Positions 1-10,490 of a stretch of 64,000 bases of DNA are shown in pieces. The notes under the pieces were generated by a model that had not been told where the DNA came from, searched no databases, and saw only the letters and a list, made by a program, of their open reading frames with translations. Numbering within the stretch: position 1 is the first letter of the stretch; the number at the start of each line of letters is the position of its first letter. The position numbers were made by a program, and so were the translations under genes. This stretch comes from Synergistales bacterium. Lineage in GTDB: Bacteria > Synergistota > Synergistia > Synergistales > JAFGMB01. The stretch lies in contig OY762654.1 in the NCBI GenBank assembly GCA_963666205.1, forward strand, positions 1,952,001 through 2,016,000, given 5' to 3'.

Positions 1-177
1 AGACAGGAACTTAAATTCCTTGGTCCTGTAAGGTTCGGAGACACTGTCCGGGCTGAAGTGGAGATAAGGGAGATCATATTCCGGAAAGAACTTGTGATCC
101 TGGGGACGGTTGTTACTAACCAGGATGGAAAAAAGATCATCCAGGGTAAAGTGGTAGTAAAACCTCCCCGGAACTGA
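1..177 (+). CDS. MaoC/hotdog-fold dehydratase, 3' part (cut by the window edge)
   Basis: Frame 1 reads RQELKFLGPVRFGDTVRAEVEI...VTNQDGKKIIQGKVVV, which carries the typical MaoC 'F..PV..GDT' motif; TGA at 175-177. Confidence 0.75.
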   Translation, partial: RQELKFLGPVRFGDTVRAEVEIREIIFRKELVILGTVVTNQDGKKIIQGKVVVKPPRN

Positions 178-560
178 AGCAGAAGGTCAGATATAATTCT
201 TCAGGAAGAGCTTCCTCAGTTAAATGGGGAGGCCTTCCTGTTTTTTCAGGACTTACATCAGAACCATTGTTTACTGGATTATTGATTTTTCTCCGACTTG
301 AAAGGGGGCTTCTTTTAGTGAGATAATGCTTTCGCTCCTGCAATAGGGATAACTTAAATATATAATGAACTGACAGGAGTATATCCGGTATTTCCTTATA
401 CCATGATAGTTTTCCGGTAATGAGGTCTTTCCTGAAAACCGGAATTAACCGGGGACTGATCCGGAATGGTTTTTATATTTAAGAAGCTCTGACCATATTG
501 ATATAATATTGGACATCCTCAGGGAACCAGGATGTTCTTTTGAATGAGAGGATGGATCAC

Positions 561-1094
561 ATGATGGAACCGTTCGTTATAAGTGGAGATAAAATAAACC
601 TTCATATGCTGGGTGCAGGGGAATTGTCTTCCTGGCTTGATAATGAGGATGAGTTCTCGAAAAAATATGGTTTAACAATCGTAAAGGGGCTTGTAAACAA
701 GAGAGTCCAGGAAGTCTTCAGACTTAAACTTGAAAAGATCGAATCTGATCCGGGAAACGTACTCTGGTATACCTACTTTGCCATCGTGCTCAGGGATACT
801 GAAACCCTGATCGGTCTTATAGGATTCAAAGATATTCCTGACCAGGCTGGATTATCGGAAATAGGTTATGGGATAGGTGAATCATACAGGAACAGAGGAT
901 ATGCTACAGAGGCAGTCAGCCTTCTGGTGGACTGGGTTTTCTGTAATACAGATTTGAAAACTGTTTTTGCCCAGACAGATATCAATAACATACCCTCAGG
1001 GAAAGTCCTGGAAAAGGCTGGATTTTCCATGCAGAGGCAGGACGGGAATATGTTTGAGTGGAAGCAGGAGAGATCTCCATCGCCAGTTCTGTAA
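561..1094 (+). CDS. GNAT N-acetyltransferase, RimJ/RimL type
   Basis: Motifs EIGYGIGESYRNRGYATEA and N..S.KVLEKAGF. ATG at 561 follows a purine-rich RBS; the ORF track starts at 540. Confidence 0.85.
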   Translation: MMEPFVISGDKINLHMLGAGELSSWLDNEDEFSKKYGLTIVKGLVNKRVQEVFRLKLEKIESDPGNVLWYTYFAIVLRDTETLIGLIGFKDIPDQAGLSEIGYGIGESYRNRGYATEAVSLLVDWVFCNTDLKTVFAQTDINNIPSGKVLEKAGFSMQRQDGNMFEWKQERSPSPVL

Positions 1095-1160
1095 CAGAAG
1101 CAAGTAGAAATAATTAGATCTGTCTGTTGCTGTTTTAGCGTAGGAACACATTATTATCAG

Positions 1161-1204
1161 AAAACATTTCAAGGGGGGCACAATGCCCCCCTTGAAATGT
1201 TTTT
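1161..1204. terminator. Bidirectional intrinsic terminator
   Basis: Perfect inverted repeat aaaacatttcaaggggggca-caa-tgccccccttgaaatgtttt between convergent genes. Confidence 0.85.
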
Positions 1205-1219
1205 AAACTATAGGTAATT

Positions 1220-3286
1220 CTAAAGCTTGTTTTTTAAAAGGATCAGTAGCGGTGCTATCATCAGTACCATGGTATGGAGTCCGGAAATAGAAGAACATCC
1301 CCCTCCTCCGCCTCCTGACATGACCAGATCCGGATCACCGTCTTCTGCCTTTGTGGTAAAGTTTAGTATATCTCCCTCGATCGCCGAGGAAACAAGATCT
1401 CTTTCAGGATCCGAAAAATGTGTGACCACTCTCCAGTAATATGTTGTGTTATAGCCCAGATTTCTAACGTTTAAGGAAGAAAGTGACGTACCAGAAACAA
1501 TGAGGGCCCCAATGTCCATATCTGAAACTGAATTTTCGTCAGCGCTTAAATAGACATCAAAGGTCGATCCTTCCATGTCATAATTCCAGGAAAGAACAGT
1601 TTCAGAGTCTACGTTGACAGCATTATTGACAGGAGAATTATCATAGGCTTTCAGAGTCACTGTCTTCAGTCTCCATGTTGTTCCGATGGTAGATGTTTCC
1701 CCGCTGTGAAGGTTTACTCTCCAGAAATAACAGGTATCATAGGAAAGCTTGTAGCCAAGATCTTCTTCAATGTCCGGCAGTCCTGTCGAAGATGCGGCTG
1801 GATCTTTCGAAATTTTCACTAAGGTATCATCATCTGTCCCGAACCACAGGTCATATGAAACAGGATCCAGAGCGCTATCCCATGAAAGAACAGCATCAAA
1901 GGGGACGTGTTCCTCCCCGTTTTCCGGGTCGGGTCCATATGTCATATCAGCTATTACCGAGGGAGAAAGAGCCTTTCCAGCCATGACATTTACAGGTTCA
2001 TCTTCATAGGTTGAGGATACCAGATCAGATAAAGGCAGTAGAAGGTAGTCATCTTCTGATCCCCTATAGTCGGACAGGAAGGAAGTTGTAACATTTACTC
2101 CGCCAATGGCATTGATAAGAAGATTTCTCACTTCCCAGTATTCCAGATTCGGTTCAATAGCCCATATCAGGCCTGCAATACCTGCAGTGAATGGACTGGC
2201 AAAGGAAGTTCCATCCACAGTTACGTATGATCCGGTTCGATCTGTGGTTAAGATGGAAGATCCGGGAGATGCTACTTCAACCTTGAGATCTCCATAATTG
2301 GAAAATCCTGAAAGGACCCCGTTGCTTCCTGCAGAGGCTGCAGCGACATAATTATTTGACTCGTTCCATGTGGGATAGACATATCTCACATCTGTATCGA
2401 TGCCGTTATTGCCTGCAGAACCAACAAAGAGGATTTCATGATCTTTAAGATTTGCGAAGAGAACATCAAAAAAATCTGCCAGTTCATTATCAGAAGTCGA
2501 AGATGGGTCGGAATTATAACTCAGGTTGATGATGATATTAGTTCCAGTCAGTTCTCCTTCTTTCAGTCCCATGATATAGTCACATGCCGCTGTAAGGCAG
2601 GTGATTGAAAGACCGCCTCTGTTCGTCGCGGATCTTATGGGAACCACCTTGAGGGATGGTGTTACCCCAGTTGTAGAACCCACGATGGTTCCCGTTACTT
2701 CAGAACCATGGCCCTGGTAGTCAGTGACTAAATCATCGGAGGCAACTCCGTCAAGATATGTGTCGTAGAAATGTCTGGCATAGGTCATATCAAGATTATC
2801 AGTCAGGTCCGGATGGTCCGTATCTACTCCTGTATCCAGTACAAAGATCAGGACAGAGGAGAAATCTGCACCCATTTCAATGGCATATTCCTGCAGAGGC
2901 TGTGCCTTTAGAACGTGCCAGGGAGTTTCGGATAATGACTGTTCTGACAGATCTGTTCCCTCTGTTGAATGGTATAGCTTCACATCGGCTTTTATTATCA
3001 CAAGATCCGGTCTTTCACTTCTCAGTTTTGCGGCTGTTCCCGCCTCCAGATCTGTCATGGCAGCTCCGAGGAAAGGATAGGTCTGCTTTATTTTTTCAGG
3101 AGCTATGCCAGCTTTTATAAGCTTGTTGAAAGCACTCTTTTCAAGAGCCGTTCTACCTGAAAGCCCATCCAGCGGTCGGGAAAGAACAAGATAGCTCTCA
3201 GCCCATGATGGAAGTGTAAAAAAGATCAGGATAAGAATAATCAGAATTGAACGGGTAAGGGTAGATCTTTCCTTCAATGCACTCAC
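1220..3286 (-). CDS. S8 (subtilisin-like) serine peptidase with Synerg-CTERM sorting signal
   Basis: Signal peptide; catalytic motifs VLDTG, GHGS and GTSFASP; FN3-like repeats (Y.WRV); C-terminus GGGGGGCSSISGLHTMVLMIAPLLILLKNKL. Confidence 0.9.
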   Translation of the reverse strand: MSALKERSTLTRSILIILILIFFTLPSWAESYLVLSRPLDGLSGRTALEKSAFNKLIKAGIAPEKIKQTYPFLGAAMTDLEAGTAAKLRSERPDLVIIKADVKLYHSTEGTDLSEQSLSETPWHVLKAQPLQEYAIEMGADFSSVLIFVLDTGVDTDHPDLTDNLDMTYARHFYDTYLDGVASDDLVTDYQGHGSEVTGTIVGSTTGVTPSLKVVPIRSATNRGGLSITCLTAACDYIMGLKEGELTGTNIIINLSYNSDPSSTSDNELADFFDVLFANLKDHEILFVGSAGNNGIDTDVRYVYPTWNESNNYVAAASAGSNGVLSGFSNYGDLKVEVASPGSSILTTDRTGSYVTVDGTSFASPFTAGIAGLIWAIEPNLEYWEVRNLLINAIGGVNVTTSFLSDYRGSEDDYLLLPLSDLVSSTYEDEPVNVMAGKALSPSVIADMTYGPDPENGEEHVPFDAVLSWDSALDPVSYDLWFGTDDDTLVKISKDPAASSTGLPDIEEDLGYKLSYDTCYFWRVNLHSGETSTIGTTWRLKTVTLKAYDNSPVNNAVNVDSETVLSWNYDMEGSTFDVYLSADENSVSDMDIGALIVSGTSLSSLNVRNLGYNTTYYWRVVTHFSDPERDLVSSAIEGDILNFTTKAEDGDPDLVMSGGGGGGCSSISGLHTMVLMIAPLLILLKNKL

Positions 3287-3415
3287 TCTCCAGTTTTAAA
3301 TTAATGGCATAGTCTTCTGAACGATCTCTTCAGACTGGTTAAATCTTTTCTTTTTTAATTCTAATTGAAAAAAATTATAAAGCCATGATCTTCATAAAAA
3401 ATATTCATTGAATAT

Positions 3416-3443
3416 AAAAAGGAAGGGGCTTAAAGCCCCTTCC
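3416..3443 (-). terminator. Intrinsic terminator
   Basis: ggaaggggct-taa-agccccttcc hairpin followed by a T run on the minus strand, just after the 3466 stop. Confidence 0.75.
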
Positions 3444-3465
3444 AGATGTGTTTTTTTAAACCAGG

Positions 3466-6168
3466 TTATTTCTTTCCGATCATCAGTGCAAGAGGAGCAA
3501 GGATCAGCAGCAGGGAAGGAGTGAATGTAGCAACCCCGCAAAAACCTCCGCCGGAGGATCTTGACGTGCCTGAATTGACTGCAAAGGGCTCAACTGCCCA
3601 ATCGCTGAATCTGATGGTATTTTCCTGTTCAAGGAAAAGGACGGTAACTTCCGCGGGAAGTAATGGTTCTGTGATGGTGAAGGGATAATAGGTTCCATCA
3701 ACTCCCACCAGGAAGCTTCCGAGGGAATCTCCATTCCCGTCTGCAGGATCTCCGTTTACCGGATCGAGGAAGAATGTCTCTTCATCTGTGGCAAGTGTCA
3801 TGCTCTCTGGTAATGCATAGGAAGCCGGGCCGCTGTCGTCACCCCACCAGTTATTGCTGGCGTCGAGAATATAGTTATCATCGAGGGTGAGCACCTGGTC
3901 AGTAAGTTCATGAACAGCTCTTGCCGTAGCAAGAACACCGAAATTACCGTTTTCTTCGATGTTGTTCTCGCTAAGAGTTATTCCCTGGGCTGCATCGATA
4001 ACCAGTACTCCTCCGCAGAGGAAATCGGCAGCTGTAATGCCTTCAAATATATATTCATCGAAGATAGCTGGTCTGTCTTCCTGGTTCGTTCCATTCCCCG
4101 TGATACTGTTGAGATAGATATCAAGTTCGGGGTATATGTCGCCGGAAACAACTTCATAGATCGGAGTCATTGCAAGGAGCCAGTCTCCCACTCCAATATG
4201 AGCCATTCCCAAAAGAGCGTTGTCATCAAACAGGTTATGGTGGATCTCTCCCTTTACGGAAAGAGCGGAGATCATGCCTATGTGGTTGCTGATGAAGGAG
4301 TTTCCAGACACATCGCCGAGTTCGAGCTTGTTTTCAGCGCTCATAAAATCTTCACGCCACAGGTAGTCCTCGACAATAGGAACGATCACTTTGCCAGCCC
4401 CTACGAGGGTCATACCGCAGATGTTGCCTTCAACTGTGTTGTTGGTGATGTCTATGTTCTGTATATCTTCGATTATTCCCGTATCGATGGCAGTGATTCC
4501 CAGAAGTGTTCCGGTCACTGAATTATCATCGATACTGATGTTCCTTGCACCGTCAAGAAGGACTATGCCCGCAAGGGAAATGTCGTCAAGATCAGGTCCA
4601 TCTCCCGAGGGAAGGATGGCAAGGGGTCCATTGTCGACAGTGCGCTGTCCAAGGGCAATTGCCAGTCCTGCTACTGGCTCAGGGCCGAACAGGAATTCAT
4701 GGGCACCTTCGATGGGACCGCTGCCAGTTATGGTGTTTCCGGAAACGTTAAGGATTCCCAGCTGGTCGATAAGGAATGGGTCTTCATCATCCTCATCATC
4801 TCCGGCATAAAGAGGGGCACCCATTATTGTAGAGATTGCGGAACCGATATCAAATTTCTGAAGGGCGAAGAGCATGGATACTCCCGTTATGCCGTTGAAT
4901 TCGTTATCAGTGATATAACTGTCTGAGAAGTCCCCAAGACATACGAGACCGGCTATAAGGTCCCCGCTCAGGACGTTTTCAGAGAAAGTCATGTCCACTT
5001 TCCCTGCGAGAAGGGCGCCTATCATGTTGTTATTGATATTCTGTTCAGATACGTGAAGCTTGACAGGGGTATCGTTCAGTGATATCTGTCCAGAATCTAC
5101 ATAAACTACTGGGACTTCCGGGAACAGGTCTGCTGAAACAAGCAGAAGAGCATCGAGTCCGCCCACTGCGGTAATACCCACTACGTTATCAGTGATATTA
5201 TTGACCCCTTCAAGGCTGAGTCCGCTTCCGGCTTCAACTGCTGATGGTCTGAAATCCAGTTCTTCCAATTGAGAAAGATCCAGATTGATGTTCTTGGCAG
5301 TGATAACCCCGAAGAAGTTAGTGGATACAGTATTGTCATAGATCCTTACCTGGTCATCCACTCCGTTGGCAACCACTATTCCTGTGAATGGCCCCGGGAA
5401 TCCCAGAAGGCTCCTTTGATCATATGAGCCAGTGAGGGATGCAGGGTTCGTAAGGGATGTCAGGAAATCGTAAAGGGTGGTGTTAATAGCCTGGCTGCTC
5501 AGAGCTTCTCCGGCAAGTTCTGATGAGATCATGGAAAATTCCGGATTACCCACCAGTTGGTTATCGTGGATATCCGCAGTGATCCCCTGCCCCAGAAGGG
5601 CGACACCGGCATACCAGTAGCTGTTCATGGAACAATCGTTCATTGTCAGATGGGTGGGAAGAGGTTCCTCATCAATCATGCCAAAGAAGTCCGAATTTAT
5701 TTCTCCAAGGTGTTTGAATATCTCATCCCAGTTTGTAGCCACTACTCCGGCTATAAAATCTCCGCTGATCACGCAGCCGGTAAGAGTAAGATCTACGTTT
5801 CCACCAGCTATGACTGCAATGGAAGTATAGTCATTTGCCGGGTTGTTATTGAACTCGATATTAGAAATGGATACTTCGGGCGCGTTATCGCCATCGCTGT
5901 GAACAGTAATTATTGGTACATCTTCTTCATAATAAGCATCATTACTGGAAACAAGGATGACTCCCTCCTGGCCCAGAAGGCTTACGCTGTAGTCAATATC
6001 AAGATTGCCGTAATAAGTTCCTGCTGTAAGTGTTATTTCGGTATCTCCTTCGGCCAGTGCATTTTGGAGCTCTTCCATGTCATTAACTGTTCTGGCATTG
6101 GCAATGGAAGCAAAAGAAATAAGCAAAATACATAACAGGCATATTCCAAGATATCTGGATCTTCTCAT
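3466..6168 (-). CDS. Large acidic surface protein, probable parallel beta-helix repeats, Synerg-CTERM
   Basis: RBS aaggagag before ATG 6168; signal peptide; repeated I..N.I..N..GI pattern; DASNNWWGDDSGP motif; C-terminus SSGGGFCGVATFTPSLLLILAPLALMIGKK. Confidence 0.8.
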   Translation of the reverse strand: MRRSRYLGICLLCILLISFASIANARTVNDMEELQNALAEGDTEITLTAGTYYGNLDIDYSVSLLGQEGVILVSSNDAYYEEDVPIITVHSDGDNAPEVSISNIEFNNNPANDYTSIAVIAGGNVDLTLTGCVISGDFIAGVVATNWDEIFKHLGEINSDFFGMIDEEPLPTHLTMNDCSMNSYWYAGVALLGQGITADIHDNQLVGNPEFSMISSELAGEALSSQAINTTLYDFLTSLTNPASLTGSYDQRSLLGFPGPFTGIVVANGVDDQVRIYDNTVSTNFFGVITAKNINLDLSQLEELDFRPSAVEAGSGLSLEGVNNITDNVVGITAVGGLDALLLVSADLFPEVPVVYVDSGQISLNDTPVKLHVSEQNINNNMIGALLAGKVDMTFSENVLSGDLIAGLVCLGDFSDSYITDNEFNGITGVSMLFALQKFDIGSAISTIMGAPLYAGDDEDDEDPFLIDQLGILNVSGNTITGSGPIEGAHEFLFGPEPVAGLAIALGQRTVDNGPLAILPSGDGPDLDDISLAGIVLLDGARNISIDDNSVTGTLLGITAIDTGIIEDIQNIDITNNTVEGNICGMTLVGAGKVIVPIVEDYLWREDFMSAENKLELGDVSGNSFISNHIGMISALSVKGEIHHNLFDDNALLGMAHIGVGDWLLAMTPIYEVVSGDIYPELDIYLNSITGNGTNQEDRPAIFDEYIFEGITAADFLCGGVLVIDAAQGITLSENNIEENGNFGVLATARAVHELTDQVLTLDDNYILDASNNWWGDDSGPASYALPESMTLATDEETFFLDPVNGDPADGNGDSLGSFLVGVDGTYYPFTITEPLLPAEVTVLFLEQENTIRFSDWAVEPFAVNSGTSRSSGGGFCGVATFTPSLLLILAPLALMIGKK

Positions 6169-6401
6169 CAAATTCACTCTCCTTAGCTGCAAAAAAAGAA
6201 TAGTAACGGGGGTAATAGAGCCACGATTCCAACTCTTATGTCTGGTGAGGTTACGACCTCCTTTCGGATTACCTTGATAATTGGGGACATAATACGATCA
6301 TTTATTCACAACAACCTGACCAGGTCTCTTCCAGGAAACCTGCACAGGCATGCCATAAACAAAGCACATTTCGATTCGACTAATATAACTAATAAAAGGA
6401 A

Positions 6402-6476
6402 GGATCCGGTTGTGCTAAGGGCTCAACCGGTCCCAAGCGCCCATACAGGTGGCAGTTTTCATAGCCTGTCCGACCG
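6402..6476 (-). ncRNA. Cyclic-di-GMP-II-like riboswitch aptamer
   Basis: Minus strand reads GGUCGGACAGGCUAUGAAAACUG...UGGGCGCUUGG..CCGGUUGAGCCCUUAGCACAACCGG. It shows P1, GGCU/AGCC P2, a GA kink-turn, P3, and the UGGGCRCUU ... UAGYRCAACC landmarks. It lies in the 5' leader of the 3466-6168 gene. Confidence 0.7.
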
Positions 6477-7537
6477 AGTTTGACCATTTTTTGAAATAAA
6501 AAGAGCCGGTAATTCTTAACTATATATTAATCAAGGAAGGTGAAACATGAAAATGATAACAAAATTGACTTGTTACAGATTCTTAAACCTATTCTCCATG
6601 AAAATTCAGACGCTATATATGACTATTATATTAACATGGTTGGGTCTTTAGACTCATTTTTATTTATTGATATTGTCAGAATAGCAGATAAATTAACATA
6701 ATACTATTGACTCTGGGTAAAACCTTATAATGTTAATGATAATATAATATTACGAAAAAATATTCTGAAGAGAGCCATAATAAAGAATCTGGATATCCCT
6801 TTTTGATCTATGTTTTTAATATCTATCTAATATGAGTCCTTGCCCAAAATAGATCTCAGGAAAAATTATCCCCCGATCAGTGGAATATCATTAGAAAACC
6901 AGGATGCAACAATATCAAGCGAGAAGGAATATGGCCAAAGGAATGCTCAAGGTGCAAATATCCTTTCATCGACTCTTGGAGAAACTTTCTGTACGTACTT
7001 TGAAAAAGAGTGTTCAAATGAAGGGTATAGCCATATGTCAAAGGCTTTCGATCCTGTAGGAAGTGTGTGGCAATTTTTTTGCCGTCTGAAACATGCACAT
7101 TTCTGGAGAGTGCCATGGATCTTGTAGACGTAATAACACAATCTTGTTTTCCAGGAATCAATGTGTTGCCAGAAAAACCCATTCTTTCCTGAGTCAACGA
7201 ACACCGACTTTGCGAGTTTTACTGTGATTTGTTCTTGTGTGTCCTGCAGCATTATGAGTCCGGACAAAGTATTTCCTGCAGAAGAATGCGCAATAACGTT
7301 AATAAATCGTTCCATATTCTCTGTGATGTTTTAATAAATACTTTCACTAAACTATTGTCTTGACAGCATAAGTCAGCTAAAATAGAACAAATATATCTTT
7401 CTGAATTCTGCTTTAGTATTATCCCCCTTGAGTTATTCCTGTTATTCTCTTTCTCCAGGCCTGTTTTAACAACATTTACCCATCCAGTCCCCCAAACGTT
7501 TCAGTATTTTGAAGCAGTTGAGTTTGATAAAAAAGAG

Positions 7538-9097
7538 GTGGAGAGGATGAAATGGTCTGGTAGAAGAGAAGGCTCATTTGTGCTGTTTCTGGCGGTTTGT
7601 ATTCTATTTTCCCCTTTTCCTGCAGTTTCTTTTCCCGCAAATCCAGTTCTGACAGACTCTTTTAATGATTGGAGCAATGCAGGGGAGGAAAACTTTTCAG
7701 GTGGTATTCCGGTAGCCTCTCAAGTTTTCCCGATTTGCTTTGAACCGGCAGATCTGGAGATAGTGCAGAAATTTAATATAAGCCAAGGTGGGGAAATGCT
7801 GGAGGAAAGTGCCGTTCTTCCTGATACGGCAGATCTGCTGAAATATATGCCACCCGTTTCATCCCAGCTGTACCAGGACTGTACAACATTTGCTCTAGCC
7901 TATTACTGTACTTCCTACTGGAATTTCAGGAGTAGAGGTTTATCTCCCGGGAAGGATAACCGTTACCTGGGATCATCGTTATATCTGTTTAACCAGTGTA
8001 ACGGAGGCAGCAATGTTCCCATATCTTTTGCCACTCCCTATTATTTAACGCAGCTTAACGGGTGCTCGCCTCTCAGTACCTTTTCTCCGGGCAATTATTC
8101 ATCATTGCCCGGAATAGAAATTCAGATACAATCTTTGCAGCAGAGAACTTCAGATCTGGAATATATTTATATCTCAAGGAATTACGCCGGAAAGGAGCAA
8201 TATGATCCGGGTGGGGAGCCTTTGTCCTTGTCAGACATCCACAATATCAAATATTATCTCTCTAAAGGTATTCCGGTAATTGTCTCGATCTATATTTACC
8301 CTTCCTTCTTCGATGCCTCGGGCCTCTCCTCAGCATCTGTCTATTATGGTCCCTCCAGACCCTATCCTGAACCTTCAAGTATCCATTCCATAACCATCGC
8401 AGGTTATATGGATGATCCGGAAGCTCCTGGCGGGGGATTTTTCTATCTTCGTAATTCATGGGGCTCTGGTTGGGGATCAGCGGGAGACTGCTGGGTTACT
8501 TATGATTTCATGAAAGAGCATTCCATTGAAGCTTATCCAGTCAAGGGGCTTCAGATCTATAGCCCTGCATTTTTCCTTGTTCTTCAGGTGGAGCATCTTC
8601 ACAGGGGTGATCTTGAAGTTGAAGTTCTTGTAGATGGGGAAAATATTCATACCTATAGTCCCTATGATATGGATCCTGGGGATTCAAGGGAAGATCTTGA
8701 TCTCGTAATTGATCTTACGGATCACATTACAAACAGCACTGATGTAATTGATCTGAAAGTTTCGGATCTTTCAAAGGAAAAAACGGGCATAATCAGGGAA
8801 GCCTTGCTGGTCCATATATTGCCGGAAGGACATATCTCTGCTTCAGACACGGATCCTCCAAAGATGACTGCGGTGGAATTCGAGATCGAAAACCCCGAAA
8901 TTTCAGATGAGGGTTCTGTTCATGGAACTGTTATATTAGATGAAGTCTATTTTGTCGAGATAGAACCCATCCCTGAGCCTGATCAGGTTAAAGTTAACAA
9001 TGGAGGAGGTTCGGGTGGAGGTTGCGATGTTACTGTCAGAACCATTTTCATGGTATTCCTTCTTGTTCCCGCATTTATTCTATATCGCAAAGGATAA
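7538..9097 (+). CDS. C1 (papain-like) cysteine peptidase with Synerg-CTERM
   Basis: Q....C active-site segment (SQLYQDCTTFA), HSITIAGY and LRNSWGSGWG; C-terminus GSGGGCDVTVRTIFMVFLLVPAFILYRKG. Confidence 0.85.
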   Translation: MERMKWSGRREGSFVLFLAVCILFSPFPAVSFPANPVLTDSFNDWSNAGEENFSGGIPVASQVFPICFEPADLEIVQKFNISQGGEMLEESAVLPDTADLLKYMPPVSSQLYQDCTTFALAYYCTSYWNFRSRGLSPGKDNRYLGSSLYLFNQCNGGSNVPISFATPYYLTQLNGCSPLSTFSPGNYSSLPGIEIQIQSLQQRTSDLEYIYISRNYAGKEQYDPGGEPLSLSDIHNIKYYLSKGIPVIVSIYIYPSFFDASGLSSASVYYGPSRPYPEPSSIHSITIAGYMDDPEAPGGGFFYLRNSWGSGWGSAGDCWVTYDFMKEHSIEAYPVKGLQIYSPAFFLVLQVEHLHRGDLEVEVLVDGENIHTYSPYDMDPGDSREDLDLVIDLTDHITNSTDVIDLKVSDLSKEKTGIIREALLVHILPEGHISASDTDPPKMTAVEFEIENPEISDEGSVHGTVILDEVYFVEIEPIPEPDQVKVNNGGGSGGGCDVTVRTIFMVFLLVPAFILYRKG

Positions 9098-9109
9098 CAT
9101 GTTCTTTCC

Positions 9110-9161
9110 CCTGATAACATTTAAAGGCGAGTCTTCAGACTCGCCTTTAAATGTTATCAGG
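9110..9161. terminator. Bidirectional terminator
   Basis: Long perfect inverted repeat cctgataacatttaaaggcgagtc-ttca-gactcgcctttaaatgttatcagg between convergent genes. Confidence 0.85.
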
Positions 9162-10157
9162 TTATTGAAGTTTTTCTTCGATAGTTTTTATCTTCTCGGG
9201 GTCTCCCACCCATTCCTTCCACTGTTCCATGTTTTCTTTCAGGAACCAGAGGGCTGCTTTTTCTGCTGAATTATCGTGGTCTTTCATCCATGCTAAAGCC
9301 TGGTTGGTCTGATCCAGGGTCATGTGGTATCTCTCAAGAAGCCCCTTGATTTCCTGGTTCCTGGAAAGCCATTCTGCGTTTATGGCTTTGGCTACGGTGT
9401 ATGAAGGAGAGGCGCAACCGTGGTTCTTTTCCCATATTTCAGGGTTATGGGGAGGTTCACCGATCATTACCATATCCAGCTGGCCAAGCAGGGGAGTGGG
9501 TTCCCAGTAGTAGGCTATAACTGGTTCTCCCTTGTCATAGGCGGCTTTTATGGCTGTTGCAAGGGCAGTTGCAGAACCTGGATCAAAGGGTTCCATAAAT
9601 TCTTTGAGTCCATATGCCTCTATCTTGTCTATGTTAATAGTGTGGGCAGACCATCCTGTCGGAGCATTGTAGAATCGTCCTTTGTTCGGGTTTTCCCGGT
9701 TCTTGAAGATATTCCAGTATTGCTTGAGGTCTTCTACATCTTTCAAGTCAGGGGCTATGGCCTCTATATTTCGTGCCTTATCTCCGTTCATTACATATCG
9801 GGGTACATACCACCCGGATGCGGCATTGGGAAAAACTGTGCCGGCATTGAAAACCTTTCCTGTTGATGTGGCCTTTTCCCACCATTCCTTCTGGGCTTCG
9901 GTCCAGACTTCCATGATAATGTCCAGGTCACCTCGCTCCAGTCCCAGGTAACCGGGCATGGTCTCTGAAAAGGTGTATTCTGCTTTATAATCCCAGCCCT
10001 TTTCAAGCAGAAAAGCCATTACCCTGTTATGGAACTGGATGCTGTCCCAGGACAGGTCTCCGAATACTATACTCTTATCCCCTGCAGCCAGGGATGGTGC
10101 TGTGATACCGGATACTATAAAAAGGCACAGAAATACCACAAGCAGTGAACGTTTCAT
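9162..10157 (-). CDS. Glycine betaine/proline ABC transporter substrate-binding protein (ProX/OpuAC family)
   Basis: Signal peptide; LSWDS, GDLDIIMEVW, GWYVPRY, P.GW and YYWEPT motifs. Confidence 0.85.
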   Translation of the reverse strand: MKRSLLVVFLCLFIVSGITAPSLAAGDKSIVFGDLSWDSIQFHNRVMAFLLEKGWDYKAEYTFSETMPGYLGLERGDLDIIMEVWTEAQKEWWEKATSTGKVFNAGTVFPNAASGWYVPRYVMNGDKARNIEAIAPDLKDVEDLKQYWNIFKNRENPNKGRFYNAPTGWSAHTINIDKIEAYGLKEFMEPFDPGSATALATAIKAAYDKGEPVIAYYWEPTPLLGQLDMVMIGEPPHNPEIWEKNHGCASPSYTVAKAINAEWLSRNQEIKGLLERYHMTLDQTNQALAWMKDHDNSAEKAALWFLKENMEQWKEWVGDPEKIKTIEEKLQ

Positions 10158-10423
10158 CTCTTATTTCCTCCTTATATTCATATTGAGATATCTATGACGC
10201 AAAAGATTACCTCTATCTGGTAATGTCAAGAGAGTGTGATTGCATATGTTGGAGTTTTTCAGAATATTCATTAACAGGGTGCAGGTGTTTAGCGATACAA
10301 GGGCAAGGTGTTAAATGTCTTTCAAGTATATCATATGCCCTTTGCAGGGGTCTTTATTCAATATCAGATGTTGATCGGTATATTTAAAGTGATAGTCTTA
10401 ATGTGAAAAACTTTTTGCAGGCA

Positions 10424-10450
10424 TGTCATGATCCAGGGTCTTTTGCCGTT
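10424..10450 (+). promoter_or_regulatory. Candidate ECF-sigma autoregulatory promoter
   Basis: TGTCATG-N16-CGTT about 40 bp upstream of the ECF gene, resembling TGTCACA-N16-CGTC ECF promoters. Confidence 0.35.
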
Positions 10451-10490
10451 TAGCTTTATGTAAGGCCCTTGAACAGAAGGAGAGCAGATT

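Noticed and set aside
137-343. 68-aa minus-strand ORF
   Set aside because: It overlaps the MaoC 3' end and terminator-like DNA and has no protein-like features.
410-475. GGTAATGAGGTC...AACCG...CTGAT resembling a fluoride riboswitch
   Set aside because: The pseudoknot partner (GACCTC-like) after CTGAT is missing and the downstream gene is unrelated.
6840-7315. Three overlapping ORFs in an AT-rich intergenic region
   Set aside because: No recognisable motif or convincing RBS; I cannot choose one, although a small orphan gene is not excluded.
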